Assembly: GCA_963716895.1 (NCBI GenBank)
Contig: CAVQUJ010000010.1
Coordinates: 1,868,942-1,932,941, forward strand
Length of the DNA stretch: 64,000 nucleotides
Direction of reading: 5' to 3'
DNA from: an uncultured delta proteobacterium
GTDB lineage: Bacteria > Myxococcota_A > UBA9160 > UBA6930
Under the pieces are notes generated by a model. That model ran no database searches, was not told where the DNA came from, and saw nothing but the letters and a program-made list of their open reading frames with translations. Positions 24,656 through 34,768 of the stretch are shown here, piece by piece. Numbering within the stretch: position 1 is the first letter of the stretch; every line of letters starts with the position of its first letter. The position numbers and the translations under genes are program-made.

Positions 24656-27159
24656 GCGGCGCCCGCCGCGGAAGCCACCGCCTCCGCCGAAGCCGCCGCC
24701 ACCGAAGCGACCGCCGAAGCCGCCGCCGCCACCCCCGAAGCCGCCGCCGCCCCCGAAGCCGCCGTCCCCACCCCGGTCCGCGTAGCCGCCGTTCTGGAAG
24801 CCTCCGAACTTGTCCTCGGAGCTGGAGCGGGCCTGCTGCTCCTTGTCCGCCCACGAGGTATCGCCGGACGCGTTCTTCCAGCCGCCGTCGGCCGTGCTCT
24901 GCTGCCAGCCCCCTGCGCCGTCGCTCTTGTAGACGCTGCCGTCCGCAGCGGCGTAGTGGTCTCCCGTGCCGGAGTCGTGCGTGTAGGTCTGGCCGGTCTT
25001 CGCGCTGTCCACCGTCGTCGAGCGCTGGACGCCTTCTCCGCCCCCCGCGCTCACGTCGTGGTCGACGGTGCTGCCACCTGCCGTAGTGGTCGAGCGGCTC
25101 GAGTCGTAGCTGCCCTTCCCGCTCTCGTAGTTGTAGCTGGCGTCGCGACTCACCTCGCCGCTCCCGCCGCTCGCGCGATCGTAGGTCCGGTCGATGCTGT
25201 CCTTCTGCTGGCCCGTGTACGGGTTGTAGCTGCGATTGGTGGAGTAGTTGCCCGTAGTACCGGTGCGGGTGTTCTCGTACGACCCGCTTCCCTTCACGCC
25301 GTAGGTGCCGTTCGACTTGGCGTACCAGGTCTGGCTGCCGGCGGCGTTCGTGTAGCCATAGTGGCCGTAGACGTTCGCCGTCGCGGAGCCGCAGCACGGG
25401 TACCCGTGGTAGTAGCTGTCGTAGTACACGGGCGAGGCCCACGAGGCGGCCACCGCGGCGGTCGTGAGCCCGAGCGCGAAGCCGTACGTGTACCCGACCG
25501 CGGGGTTGTAGACGGGCTGCGCCATCACGCCCCAGGTCTCGGGCGGCGCGTACCAGGTGGTGCCGACCCACGGGTCGTAGTCGTAGCCGGTGCCGTACAC
25601 GACGACGTCGTCGGAGGTCACGACGGTGCCCATGTAGCCGGGCGTGTAGCCCTCGTAGACGACCTCCTCCGTTCCGCCGTAGATCTGCACGTAGGTGACG
25701 TAGTAGAGCGGCTCGGTCGGCGGGATCGCGTAGATCTCCGCAGGCACCATCGTCGCGACCCGCCACGGGCCCTGCGCCGTCGGCGCCACGAACCAGACTC
25801 CCGCGGCGAGCGAATACCAGTGCTCGGCGTCGAAGCGGATCAGCGGCGTGGCGCTGTTCGTGACGTACTGGAGCGACGTGCCCGCGATCGGGCGGAGCCG
25901 CGGCGGGCCGTCGTAGATCGCGGTGAACGTGGGCCCGTCCGTGAGCGGGATCGAGGCCGTCTGCGGGATCGAGTTCTCGATCACCGCCTCGCGCGCCTCC
26001 TTGGTGCCCGCGACCGCCGGCAGCACGACGCCGGCCGCCGAGCTCGGCGGAATGGTCCGGAACGACGCCGGCAGACTCGCGCTCTCGACGTACGCCCACG
26101 GCCCCGAGAGCGACGGCGCGCGATACCAGCGCCCCGAGAGCAGCACGTAAGTCTGGCTGTCTGCGGTGTTCACGATCACGTCGGAACGCGTGTTGTTCGC
26201 CCACAGCAACGGAGTCGAGCCGATCGGCTGGAAGTCGGGCTTGCCGTGGAACAGGATCAGCTCGGCCGGCGTGGTGGTGACGTAGATCGTCGGCGCGCCG
26301 TTCGCGAGGGTCGGGGGCGGCTGCGTGTTGCCGCCGGCGAGCGGATCGACCAGCCGCTGCGTCACGAGGCCGCTCGCCACATCGTCGATGCCGAGGGGCA
26401 TGCTCTGCGCCGGAGTCCACGGGCCCTGCGGCGCCGAGGACTGGAGCCAGCCGTCGTAGAGATGCAGGAAGTACGTGCCGCTCAGCTTCTCCTGCAGGAT
26501 GCACGCGTGCGTGTTGATCACGCGCTGGAAGCCGGTGTTCGGCACCGCGCGCAGCACGGGCGTGCCGTCGATCGGGATCAGGATCGCCGGCGTGTTGCTG
26601 ACGATGATCTGCGGCGGCGCATTCTTCACGGCGACGTGCGCGGCGTGGACGGTCCCTGATGCGGCCAGCGACGCCTGGAGGCGGTCGAGCGAGATCGTCT
26701 GGCCGCTGCTCTGCACCTGACTGCGCAGCGCCGTCGAGGTAGGCGGCGCCGTTGTCGGGCAGGGACGGGAAGCTCGCGCGGTCGAGCGAGAGGTTGGTGA
26801 GTGCGACCTGCCGCGTCCCGCGATCCACGTCGGTCGTCGCGTGGGCCCAGACCACGCCGTACGCCTTGTCGGTGGCGCCCGCCGGCGTCGCGCCGACGGC
26901 GGCGCGGAACTCGAGCTGGTTACCTTGCCAGCTCTCGACCTGCGGCTGGTAGACGAGCAGCGTCGCGTTCGGCGCCTGGAACGTCCGCGGCCACGGGTCG
27001 AGGCTCGGCGCAGGGGGCGCGGACGGCTGCGAGGCAGGCGCAGCGGCGGGCTGCGGCGGCGGATCGACCGACACGTAGGTCGGCGGAGCATCCTGTGCGC
27101 ACGCGGCGAGCGCCGCGATTCCGAATGCCAGCGCAGAGCGAAGCGGCCAGCGCGCCATG
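24653..27159 (-). CDS. Large lipoprotein with three about 110-aa internal repeats, a Tyr/Gly-rich segment, Ser/Thr/Gly/Asp-rich low complexity and a (GGFGGGGGF)n tail; one frameshift near 26720
   Basis: Lipobox IAALAACAQD. Repeats end in YFLHLYDGWLQSSAPQGPWTPA / VLLSGRWYRAPSLSGPWAYVESASLP / HWYSLAAGVWFVAPTAQGPWRVATMVP. C-terminus GGFGGGGGFGGGGGGFGGRFGGGGFGGGGGFRGGRR*. Confidence 0.6.
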
Positions 27160-27212
27160 TCTCCATCCTCCCCTGAAGGACGCGAGGGTATCCCAACTCC
27201 CCGCGCCAACCT

Positions 27213-28555
27213 TCAAGGGGCCGCGACTCGCTGCACGAGGACGCCCGCCGGTGCAGGCGTCGCGAAGAACGCGGCGCGGCTCGCGTCGCCGCGCAGATGC
27301 TGCTCGAGGAACGGCAGCACGTAACGCAGCACGAGCGCGTGCGCTTCGTCCTGCGAGAGCGTCGTCGGGTAGTTGCAGTCGACGGGGAAGCCGGGCAGGC
27401 AGACGTCGGAGAACGCGTAGTGGCCGGCGTGCTCGAGCTCGACCAACACCTTCTCACCGGTCGCCGCCTGCCAGGCGCCTTCGAAGCCCGTCGGAGAGAC
27501 GAGCGTGTCGAGGAGCCCGATCATCCCGAGCAGCGGCATCCCGAGCACCGGCGGCGGAGCCGGATAGCCGGCGAGCGGGATCGCCACGTCGATGCGCGCG
27601 TCCTGCGCTGCGACCTTGAACGTGGTGAAGGCGCCGAAGGAATGGCCCGACATCGCGACCCGGCTCGCGTCGAGCGCGCCGGAGAAGGGGGAGCCCGGCG
27701 TGTCGTTCGCGGCGAGCATCTGATCCAACACCGAGCTCACCTCCACCGGACGCTCGAGCGCCGAGGCGACGAGGTTGCTCGTGCCGGCGAGGCAATCCGC
27801 CGCCGTGCTCTGCGGATGGCTCGGCGCGACCACGACGTAGCCGTACGTGGCGAGCAGCACGGTGAGGAACTTGCTCTGCGTCGGGACGCCGCAGAGTCCG
27901 TGCGAGAAGAGCACGATCGGGCGCGGGCTCGTGGCGTCGAGCGGAGCGTCGAGGATCCCGCCCGTGCCCGAATCGGTGGGGCCCGTGCCGAGCGTCGGGT
28001 ACCAGACCACCGTGTCGAGCGTGCGCGTCGCGCTCGGATTCACGACCGACGGCTTCGTGAAAACGAGCTGCCGCGCGCCGGCGCGCCAGGGTCCGGCGTC
28101 GCGCGCGTCGAGGCAGATGCCCGCGGTCCAGGCGACGACGTCGCTGCAGTGGGTCTCGGCGAGACAGGCCGTCGCGACGACACCCTTCCGTGTCTGGCAC
28201 GCGGCGGGCTTGCGGATGCGACACGTGGCGGTGGCGGTCTCCGCAGCGAAGGCGCCGCAGGGGCTCTTCGCCGTGCCGCAGCTCGCGCTCTTCACGTCCG
28301 CTGCAGCGCGTTCGGCGCATTCGGCGCGGAGAGCGCCCGTCGCGAGCGCGTCGGCCAGCAGCGGCTTCGCGCAGCGCCGGTAGGCGCCGGCGCCGCCGAC
28401 GCCCGTGCACGGGCAGGCCGCGTCGATCCCGGCGCGCAGCTCGGCGAGCGCGCGCTGGTCGCCGAGCGCCGAGGCCTCGCCGAGGCAGGCGTCCTGTGCA
28501 GCGACAGGCCCCACGCTGACCAGCAACGCCACGGCGAGGAGGATGACGTGGGGCA
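27213..28555 (-). CDS. Secreted alpha/beta hydrolase of the PAF-acetylhydrolase-like family with an N-terminal Cys-rich domain, intact
   Basis: Signal MPHVILLAVALLVSVGPVAAQ; about 12 Cys in the first 110 aa; nucleophile elbow MSGHSFGAFTTF; LFSHGLCG oxyanion region. Confidence 0.7.
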
Positions 28556-28683
28556 TCGAGGTTCTCTCCAGCGGTCGAACCCGGCGGCGAGCGGTTGGTT
28601 GCGCGCGCCGCGGGTGAGGAGCGCGTGAAGGAACTTCATCCGCGCGAGTTGGCCTGTGGAATGCTCGGCCGCGGAGACAGAAC

Positions 28684-30932
28684 ATGAATCGGCGCTGGGC
28701 TCTTCGACTCGCAGTCTCCCTAGCCCTCGGCGTCGCCGGGCCTCCAGTCGCGAGCCGTGCTGCGAGCTTCGACTGGACGCTCGTCGGCTGGAACGACCTC
28801 GGCATGCACTGCATGGACGACGACTACTCGGTCTTCTCGATCCTGCCGCCCTACAACACGATCCACGCGCAGCTCGTCGATCCGTCGGGCATCTCGTGCG
28901 CTCGAACGACGAGCATCACGCGTCACCTACGAGGCCGTCGCCGATCCGAACGGCTCGATCAACACCACCTCGCGTCGGCAAGACGAACTTCTGGGATCAC
29001 GTCGACGCGCTGTTCGGCGTCGCGCTCGGCCCGGACCAGGGGCTCGCCGGCTTCGACATGCCCGGGCACGCGAACGCTCCGCAGGCGATGCGCTTCGACC
29101 GCTGCCCGCGTGGTGGAGCGCCGAGGGCATCCCGATCACTCCCGTCGACGACGCGCTCGCAGCCGAACTCCTATCCGCTGATGCGGCTCTCGGCGCGCGA
29201 CGGCGCCGGTCACCTGCTCGCGACGACCGACATCGTGCTGCCCGGTCTCCGACGAGATGGATTGCCGCGGCTGCCACGCCTCGGGCTCGGGCCCGGCGGC
29301 GGAGCCCGCCGCGGGCTGGGTCAACGACCCGGTGCCCGCGCGCGACTACCGGCTGAACATCCTCCGGCTGCACGACGAGCGGCGCCAGGATGGAGCCGCC
29401 TACGCCGCGCTGCTCGGCTCGGTGGGCTACGACGCGAGCGGCCTCTTCGCCACCGCGACAAGTGGGCACAGCGTCCTCTGCGCCACCTGCCACAGCTCGA
29501 ACGCGCTGCCGGGAGCGACCCAGCACGACGTCGGACCGCTCACGCACGCGATCCACTCGGTGCACGCGACGGTGATCGATCCCGCGAGCGGGCTCGCCCT
29601 CGACGCCTCGACGAACCGCTCGGCCTGCTACCGCTGCCATCCCGGCGCGACCACGCGCTGCCTGCGCGGCGCGATGGGCAACGCGGTCGCGCCGGACGGC
29701 ACGCTCGCGATGCAGTGCCAGAGCTGCCACGGCTCGATGGCTGCGGTCGGCGAGCGACGGGCCGCACGGGCTGGCTCGACGAGCCGACCTGCCAGAACTG
29801 CCACACCGGCACGGCCGTGAGGAACGCGGGCGAGATCCGCTACACCTCGGTCTTCGATGCGACCGGACAGCGGCGCGCCGCCGCGGACGCCACGTTCGCC
29901 ACGAATCCGGACCCACCGGCGCCGGGCCTCTCGCTCTACCGCTTCTCCCACGGCCACGGCGGCCTCGCGTGCGAGGCGTGCCACGGCTCGACGCACGCCG
30001 AGTTCCCGAGCAGCCACGCCAACGACAACCTGCAGAGCGTCGCGCTGCAGGGCCACGCCGGCATGCTCGCCGAGTGCACCACGTGCCACGCCTCCGTCCC
30101 TTCGACCACGAACGGCGGGCCGCACGGCATGCATCCGATCGGCAGCAGCTGGGCGAGCGGCCACGCCGACGCGGTCGAGCACAGCGGCAGCACGGCCTGC
30201 CGCGCCTGCCACGGGCTCGACTACCGCGGCACGGTGCTCTCGGACGCGCTGGGCGACCGCACGTTCTCGACGGAGTTCGGCACGAAGCACTTCTTCCAGG
30301 GAGCGCGCGTCGGCTGCTACGCCTGCCACAACGGGCCGGGCTCCGAATCGCGCACGAGCAACCGCCCCGCGCAGGCCAGCCCCGTGCACGCGAGCACCGC
30401 CGGCGCGACGCCGGTGAGCTTCGCCCTCTCGGCGAGCGATCCGGATCGCGACGCGCTCGTCTATCGGATCATCTCGCAGCCGGCGCACGGCACGGTGGGC
30501 GTCTCGGGCAGCACCGCGCGCTATCTCCCCGAGCCGGGCTTCACCGGAACCGACCACTTCACCTGGTCCGCCTGGGACGGCTCGATCGATTCGAACCTCG
30601 CCGCGGGCACGCTCCTGGTGAGCACGGGCGGCCCGCCGCCGTCGCCGACGGCGCCCACCCTCACGAATGTCAGCAACGGCTCCGGCAAGTTCTCGCTCGC
30701 GCTCGCCGGCACCAACTTCGCGCAGACGGCGAGCGTCTTCGTGGCGGGCGCGCCCTGGACGGACGTCACGTGGCGGAACGCGCAGAGCCTCACGCTGTCG
30801 GGCGGGAAGGTGCTGAAGACGCTCTTCCCGAAGAAGACCTGGGTGCCGATCCGCGTAGTGAATCCGGACGGCGGCTCCGTCACGGTGGAGTACGAGCGCA
30901 AGACGCACACCTGGCGTCCGGTCGCTCCGTAG
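28684..30932 (+). CDS. Secreted multiheme c-type cytochrome (9 CXXCH) with C-terminal cadherin/VCBS-like and IPT/TIG-like domains; several frameshifts
   Basis: Signal MNRRWALRLAVSLALGVAGPPVASRAA. CXXCH motifs CRGCH, CATCH, CYRCH, CQSCH, CQNCH, CEACH, CTTCH, CRACH, CYACH. ALVYRIISQPAHGTVGVSGSTARYLPEPGFTGTDHFTWSAWDG is Ig-like; then PTLTNVSNGSGKFSLALAGTNF. Confidence 0.7.
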
Positions 30933-30974
30933 GGGGTCTCAAGAGCCGGGCGACGCCGGCCGATCCGCCGGAGC

Positions 30975-31604
30975 GTGCGTATCGCCCCTCTCCTCGTCGC
31001 CGCCGTCTTCGCGGCCGGGTGCCATCACTCGCCCCCGCCGCCGCCTCCCGTGCTCGAGCCGCCGGTCGTGCAGCTCTCCGAGCTCGGGACGCTCGGCATG
31101 ATCGACTTCACCGCAGTCGGCGCCGAGGGCCTCGCGCCGCTCGCGAGCCAGCGGTTCCTCGCGTCCCTCCAGGCGGCGCAGCCCGGCGCCGCGGTGCTCG
31201 AGCTCGGGCCGCGGGAGCGCGTGCTCGCGGCCGTGGGCGGCGCCGGCATCGACCCCGAGACGATCCGCGCCATCGGCGAGAAGTATCACCTCGACGCGAT
31301 CCTGGTCGGCGAGGTACGCACGCAGGAGATCAAGCCGCGCGTGTCCATCCGCGAGCTGAGCACCTTCAGCGCCTCGGCCGAGATGGAAGGCATGCTGAGC
31401 GCACGCATCTTCGAGACCGAACGCGGCGCGACGCTCTGGACGACGAGCGCAGAGACGCGCGCTCCTCTCGCGCACGTGGAGATGGCTCCGTGGGGCGCCT
31501 CTGACTTCGACACGAACGAGCCCGAGCAGGTGCGCGTCGCGATCGTGCGGGAGCTGGTCGAGCGCGCGACGGCGGACTTCCAGCCGCGCTGGGTCTACCC
31601 GTAG
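30975..31604 (+). CDS. Hypothetical lipoprotein, intact
   Basis: GTG start; lipobox VFAAGC followed by a PPPPPP linker; 209 aa. Confidence 0.5.
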   Translation: MRIAPLLVAAVFAAGCHHSPPPPPPVLEPPVVQLSELGTLGMIDFTAVGAEGLAPLASQRFLASLQAAQPGAAVLELGPRERVLAAVGGAGIDPETIRAIGEKYHLDAILVGEVRTQEIKPRVSIRELSTFSASAEMEGMLSARIFETERGATLWTTSAETRAPLAHVEMAPWGASDFDTNEPEQVRVAIVRELVERATADFQPRWVYP

Positions 31605-31610
31605 CGCGCG

Positions 31611-32390
31611 CTAGGGCTGCTTGCCGAGCGGCAGCAGGATGTTCGAGCTCGAGCCGACCACCTGCGGCGCCACGCCGTTCCACTTCTCGACCATCTTCAG
31701 CTCCACGAGCTTCGGGGCCTTCTCGAGGGCCTCGCCCTGGATGCGGATCGACTCGGCATCGGCCTTCGCTTTGATGATCACCGTGTCGGCGTCGGTCTTG
31801 GCCTGCTGCATCTTGAAGATCGCTTTCTCGGCCTCCTGCTGCTGCACCATCTTCGCCTCGATCGCCTGCTCGAGCTCCTTCGAGAGCGCGACGTCCTCGA
31901 TCACGAGGTCCTCGATCACGAGCAGGTCGCCGACCTTGGCGCGCGACTGGTTCAGCGCGGCGACCTTGATCTGCTCGCGCGTCTTCACGATGTCGGCGGC
32001 CGTCTTGAGCGCGGTGACCTCCTTGGTGGCTTCCTGCACGCGGGGGAGGATCAGCTTGTCGAAGGGGCTGCCCGCGTAGTCGCGCAGCACGCGGACCACC
32101 GACGATTCCGGTATGCGGTAGAGCACCTTCACGCGGATGTTGATCTGTTGGAGATCCGACGAGAAGCACTCGGCGCTGACCTCCTGCGTGTCCTGCTGCA
32201 CGTTCACCCGCCGGATCACCGTGACGAGGGGGAGCTTGAAGCCGAAACCGGGCGCGAGGAACTGGTCGTCCATCTCGCCGAGCGTCACGCGGACACCGCG
32301 CTCGCCGGGCTCGACCACGTAGAAGCAGCCCGACGCCGCCAGCGCGAAGACCAGAACCAGGATCCCGAGCGTCGCCAGCCGTGCCCGCAT
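31611..32390 (-). CDS. SPFH/band-7 (prohibitin-like) membrane protein, intact
   Basis: FYVVEPGERGVRVTLGEM, SSDLQQINIRVKVLYRI; coiled-coil C-terminal EQAIEAKMVQQQEAEKAIFKMQQAKTDADTVIIKAKADAE. Confidence 0.8.
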   Translation of the reverse strand: MRARLATLGILVLVFALAASGCFYVVEPGERGVRVTLGEMDDQFLAPGFGFKLPLVTVIRRVNVQQDTQEVSAECFSSDLQQINIRVKVLYRIPESSVVRVLRDYAGSPFDKLILPRVQEATKEVTALKTAADIVKTREQIKVAALNQSRAKVGDLLVIEDLVIEDVALSKELEQAIEAKMVQQQEAEKAIFKMQQAKTDADTVIIKAKADAESIRIQGEALEKAPKLVELKMVEKWNGVAPQVVGSSSNILLPLGKQP

Positions 32391-32454
32391 CGCTACCTCC
32401 CTGCCTCGAACCTGGCGCATGCTAGCTCGTGCGCCTCGGCGCTAGGCTGGGCGC

Positions 32455-33327
32455 ATGCCGATCGAACGCCTCTCCGCGACCGCGAGCCCCGAGACAGTGA
32501 CCGCGATCCTGCGGCGCGACGGCTGCGCCGTGATCGAGGAGCTCGCGCCCGCCGCCACCATGCGCGACGCGCTCGAGGAGCTCGCGCCGTGGATCGAGGC
32601 CACGCCGGCGGGCCGCGACGACTTCGCCGGGCGCCGTACCACACGCACGGGCGGCCTCGTGGCGCGTTCCCCGGTCTGCCGCGCGCTGATCCAACATCCG
32701 CTGATTCTCGGGAGCACGAAGGGGCTGCTCGCGGGCGCGACGAACTTCCAGCTGCACCTCACGCAGGTGATCGCGATCGGCCCCGGCGAGCCGGGCCAGC
32801 CGATCCACCGCGACCAGTGGGCCTTCGACTTCTTCCCGTTCCCGATGGGCTACGAGGTGCAGTGCAACACGATCTGGGCGATGAGCGACTTCACCGCCGA
32901 GAACGGCGCGACGCGCGTGATCCCCGGCAGCCATCTCTACGAGGACAAGCTCGAGCTGACGCACGAAGACTGCGAGGCCGCCGAGATGCCGGCGGGCTCG
33001 GTGTTCGTCTACACCGGCGCGGTGTATCACGGCGGCGGCGCGAACCGCTCGCAGGCGACGCGCTACGGGCTCAACCTCACGTATGCGCGGAGCTGGCTGC
33101 GGCAGGAGGAGAACCAGTACCTGTCCGTGCCGCTCGACGTCGCGCGCGAGCTGCCCGACGAGCTGCTGAAGCTGATCGGCTACCAGCGCGGCGCGTATGC
33201 ACTCGGCTACGTGGACGACGTGCGCGATCCGCTCGACGCGCTGCGCGGCAAGCGGGCGAAGGACGCCGATGCCGGGCGGCTCGGCGACCTCGAGCGCGCC
33301 ACCGCGCAGCTGCGCGCCGCGCGCTAG
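32455..33327 (+). CDS. Phytanoyl-CoA dioxygenase (PhyH) family Fe(II)/2-oxoglutarate oxygenase, intact
   Basis: QPIHRDQWAFDF (H-x-D), GATRVIPGSH (distal His), RSWLRQEENQY. Confidence 0.75.
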   Translation: MPIERLSATASPETVTAILRRDGCAVIEELAPAATMRDALEELAPWIEATPAGRDDFAGRRTTRTGGLVARSPVCRALIQHPLILGSTKGLLAGATNFQLHLTQVIAIGPGEPGQPIHRDQWAFDFFPFPMGYEVQCNTIWAMSDFTAENGATRVIPGSHLYEDKLELTHEDCEAAEMPAGSVFVYTGAVYHGGGANRSQATRYGLNLTYARSWLRQEENQYLSVPLDVARELPDELLKLIGYQRGAYALGYVDDVRDPLDALRGKRAKDADAGRLGDLERATAQLRAAR

Positions 33328-34132
33328 CGGCGCTCGCCCAGCTCCTTCTCGTCTTCGTCCGCCGCTTCCGTCACGAGATCCACGCGGGGCAGCTCGGCGG
33401 GCGCCGGCTCGAAGCGCGACGGCGCGACCCAGCTGCGCAGCCGGTAGTCGAGGATCAGCAGGATCATGCGCAGGCCGAGGCGGAACGCGACCCACTTGTT
33501 GCCGGTGACCGACGACGTGCCGACGCGCTTCGTGTAGTTGACCGGGATCTGGATGATCTTCCGCTTCGTCAGCACCGAGAGCACCATCATCTCGGGGCCG
33601 AAGAAGCTGCCGTCGACGGTGAACAGGGGCTCGAGGCGGCGCAGCGCGTCGCGCCGCACGCAGCGTACGGTGCAGCCGACGTCGGTGAGCGAGGTGGTGT
33701 TGAACAGGAACTCCATCAGCTTCGCGACGGCGTAGTTCCCCCACTTGAGGAGGAGCCCCATGTTCGCGCCTTCCCAGATCAGCTCCTTGACGGTGCGGCT
33801 CCCGTAGACGACATCGAAGTCCTCGGAGTAGGCGAGCAGCTTGCGCACGTCGTGGCCGCGGAAGGTGCCGTCGGGCTCGGAAACCAGGATCAAGTCGCCG
33901 GACGCTTCGCGGAAGCCGCGCCGGATCGCGGCGCCGTAGCCCTGACGCGGCTCGAGCACCTCGCGCGCGCAGGTCTTCGCCACCTCCTCGCTGGTGCCGG
34001 GAGCGGCGTTGTTGTTCACGACCAGGATCTCGTCGATCACGCCCGTGCGATCGAGCTCCTCGATCGAGGCGCGGATCGACTCTTTCTCGTTGTACGTCGG
34101 CAGAATGATCGAGACCCGCTTGCCGCACCACA
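33324..34132 (-). CDS. GT2 glycosyltransferase, DPM1/polyprenyl-phosphate sugar synthase-like, intact
   Basis: VSIILPTYNEKESIRASIEEL, VVNNNAAPGT, VSEPDGTFRGHDVRKLL; a C-terminal hydrophobic segment is typical of Dpm1/ArnC-like enzymes. Confidence 0.8.
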
Positions 34133-34768
34133 TCAGGCGGGCTCCGCGACGACGTACATCTGCGCCGCGAGCGGCCGGAACGGCAGGCTCAGGTAGAGCC
34201 GCGTCAGCCAGCCCCACTTCGGCAGGCGGCTGTTCATCGAGAACGGCAGCAGGCCCGGCACCAGCTTCACGACACGAAGACCGTGCCGCGCGAGCCACTC
34301 GCCGATGTTGGCGTCGTCGAAGATCGTGCGATGCGTCGGATCGTCGAAGTAGTGCTCCGCGCACAGTCGGTGGTTCGGCTGGATCAGGATCAGGCGGCCG
34401 CGGGCAGAGAGCGCGCGGCGGATGGCCGGCAGCAGCTCGTCGAGCTCTTCGGCGTCGAGGTGCTCGAGGAAGTTGCTCGCGAACAACAGGTCGACGCTCC
34501 CCTGCGCGATGCCCCGGAGCGCCATCGCGCTCTCGATCCGCAGCCCGACCCCGGGCGCCGCGAAACGCTTCATCTCGGGGTTCAGATCGAAGCCGAGCTT
34601 GCGCTTGGCAGGGAACTGGTTCAGGAAGTCGCAATAGCCCGGGCCCAGCTCGACGAGCGTGTCGATGTCGCAAGCATCGCGGGCGACGAAGCGCGCGATG
34701 GCGCCCCACACCGCCCGCCGCCCGGGCAGCTCGGGATAGGCGCCGGCGTACGGATTCTGCGCGGTCAC
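34133..34768 (-). CDS. Class I SAM-dependent methyltransferase, intact; GTG start overlaps the upstream stop (GTGA)
   Basis: LVELGPGYCDF (motif I), VDLLFASNFLEHLDAEELDELLPAIRRALSARGRLILIQPN. Confidence 0.7.
   Translation of the reverse strand: MTAQNPYAGAYPELPGRRAVWGAIARFVARDACDIDTLVELGPGYCDFLNQFPAKRKLGFDLNPEMKRFAAPGVGLRIESAMALRGIAQGSVDLLFASNFLEHLDAEELDELLPAIRRALSARGRLILIQPNHRLCAEHYFDDPTHRTIFDDANIGEWLARHGLRVVKLVPGLLPFSMNSRLPKWGWLTRLYLSLPFRPLAAQMYVVAEPA

Noticed and set aside
24653-24790. GC-rich nucleotide repeat (gccgccgccacccccgaagccgcc...) as a possible intergenic microsatellite
   Set aside because: It is in frame with and encodes the (GGFGGGGGF)n C-terminal tail of the large lipoprotein, so it is coding low-complexity rather than a non-coding repeat.
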